Shown: piece by piece, positions 63,226 to 64,000 of the stretch
Layout of the letters: each line of letters begins with the position of its first letter
Numbering within the stretch: position 1 is the stretch's first letter
Assembly (NCBI GenBank): GCA_023920165.1
Contig: CP089281.1
Location: 1,922,001-1,986,000 of the forward strand
Source: Curvularia clavata
Taxonomy: Eukaryota
Length of the DNA: 64,000 nt
Reading direction: 5' to 3'
The notes under the pieces: model-generated
What the model saw: only the letters and a program-made list of their open reading frames with translations
Told to the model about the DNA's origin: nothing
The model's database searches: none
Made by a program: the position numbers and the translations under genes

Positions 63226-64000
63226 GTTTGGCAAAGTATTTTTATGAAAACTGGGGTTAACTATAGAAAAAGAAATCTTTGTGCGCTGCTATATGAACGG
63301 AATCGAACAAATAGATACATGTGTATATGTATCTCTAAGGAAGAAACCATTCGCTATAGAAACCAACCTGGGCTCACCTGATCAGTGGTCTCTAGATTAA
63401 ATAGGTAGAAAGCCCGAACGTTGGTCTCCATTAATATCGCCGGATAATGAGCGCAAGTAAATATACGAATGGCTTTGAAGGATCAGTATGAATACGAATA
63501 TAGCGTGGATCGCCTAATTCATTATGTTCTAGAGAGTTGATTTTTTATTGCCAAGGCTGCGGCCCATCGTCAGCTAGTACGCTTATGGAGTCCGAGTGTA
63601 ATTTGTGGCGTACGACAAAGTGTGAACATGCAGGAGCTGAAAAGCACAACATGAATATTGGTAAGAGGTTTTCCAGCCTTGTGTATCTTCCGGGACTATT
63701 ACAAATCACTAGGCGCTAATTTTTTAAAATCAATACATCTATAGAGAGTAAAATGTATGAACAGCATTGCCAGATCTATACAGACACATTTGTCATGGCT
63801 ACACCTTCGTCGCTATCAAGCGAGCTATCGGAAGTGCTGTGAATCTCGTTAATGACTTTTTGCAGTACGACCATTCCTACTTGGTGTTGCGATTCTTCGA
63901 ACGCAAAATGCATTGAACAATAGAGAGTTGTCCGATGAACCCTCTGCAACAAAAAGTGTTGACTGCTACACCAAAAGCTCAGCATGCGAACTCCGAGACG

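Noticed and set aside
63776..64000. Minus-strand frame open to the window end
   Set aside because: It could be the 3' end of a gene outside the window, but 74 codons with no recognisable motif is not enough to call.

Overview
Intron-containing filamentous-ascomycete DNA (Pezizomycotina, probably Dothideomycetes; inferred from gene content, GT-AG introns with CTRAC branch points and protein sequences). About 25 protein genes were assembled by hand from exons; all family calls are motif recognition, with no database searches run. The core genes are a Yap-like bZIP C-terminus, phosducin-like protein, an SSS/DUR3-type transporter, Snx3, eIF3a, G-protein gamma, a Pho4-like bHLH, carboxylesterase, casein kinase I, ATP18, Spc19, ATP16, xylulokinase, a CDF metal transporter, monoglyceride lipase, an FAD oxidoreductase, a PfkB kinase, a catalase-like protein and an amidohydrolase. 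Two accessory blocks are present. The first (about 34.8-44.8 kb) is NLR-related: a SesB-like hydrolase spliced directly to WD40 repeats with no NOD domain, a DUF6601-like pseudogene, a NACHT protein and a Zn-ribbon ORF. The second (about 50.9-53.5 kb) is a divergent pair of Cys-rich secreted proteins beside a Tc1/mariner relic. The strongest non-coding signal is a complete TPP riboswitch aptamer in the 455-nt third intron of the transporter, with candidate alternative 5' splice sites and an 11-bp long-range pairing element. Several accessory genes carry isolated in-frame amber stops. No rRNA, tRNA or CRISPR array was recognised.
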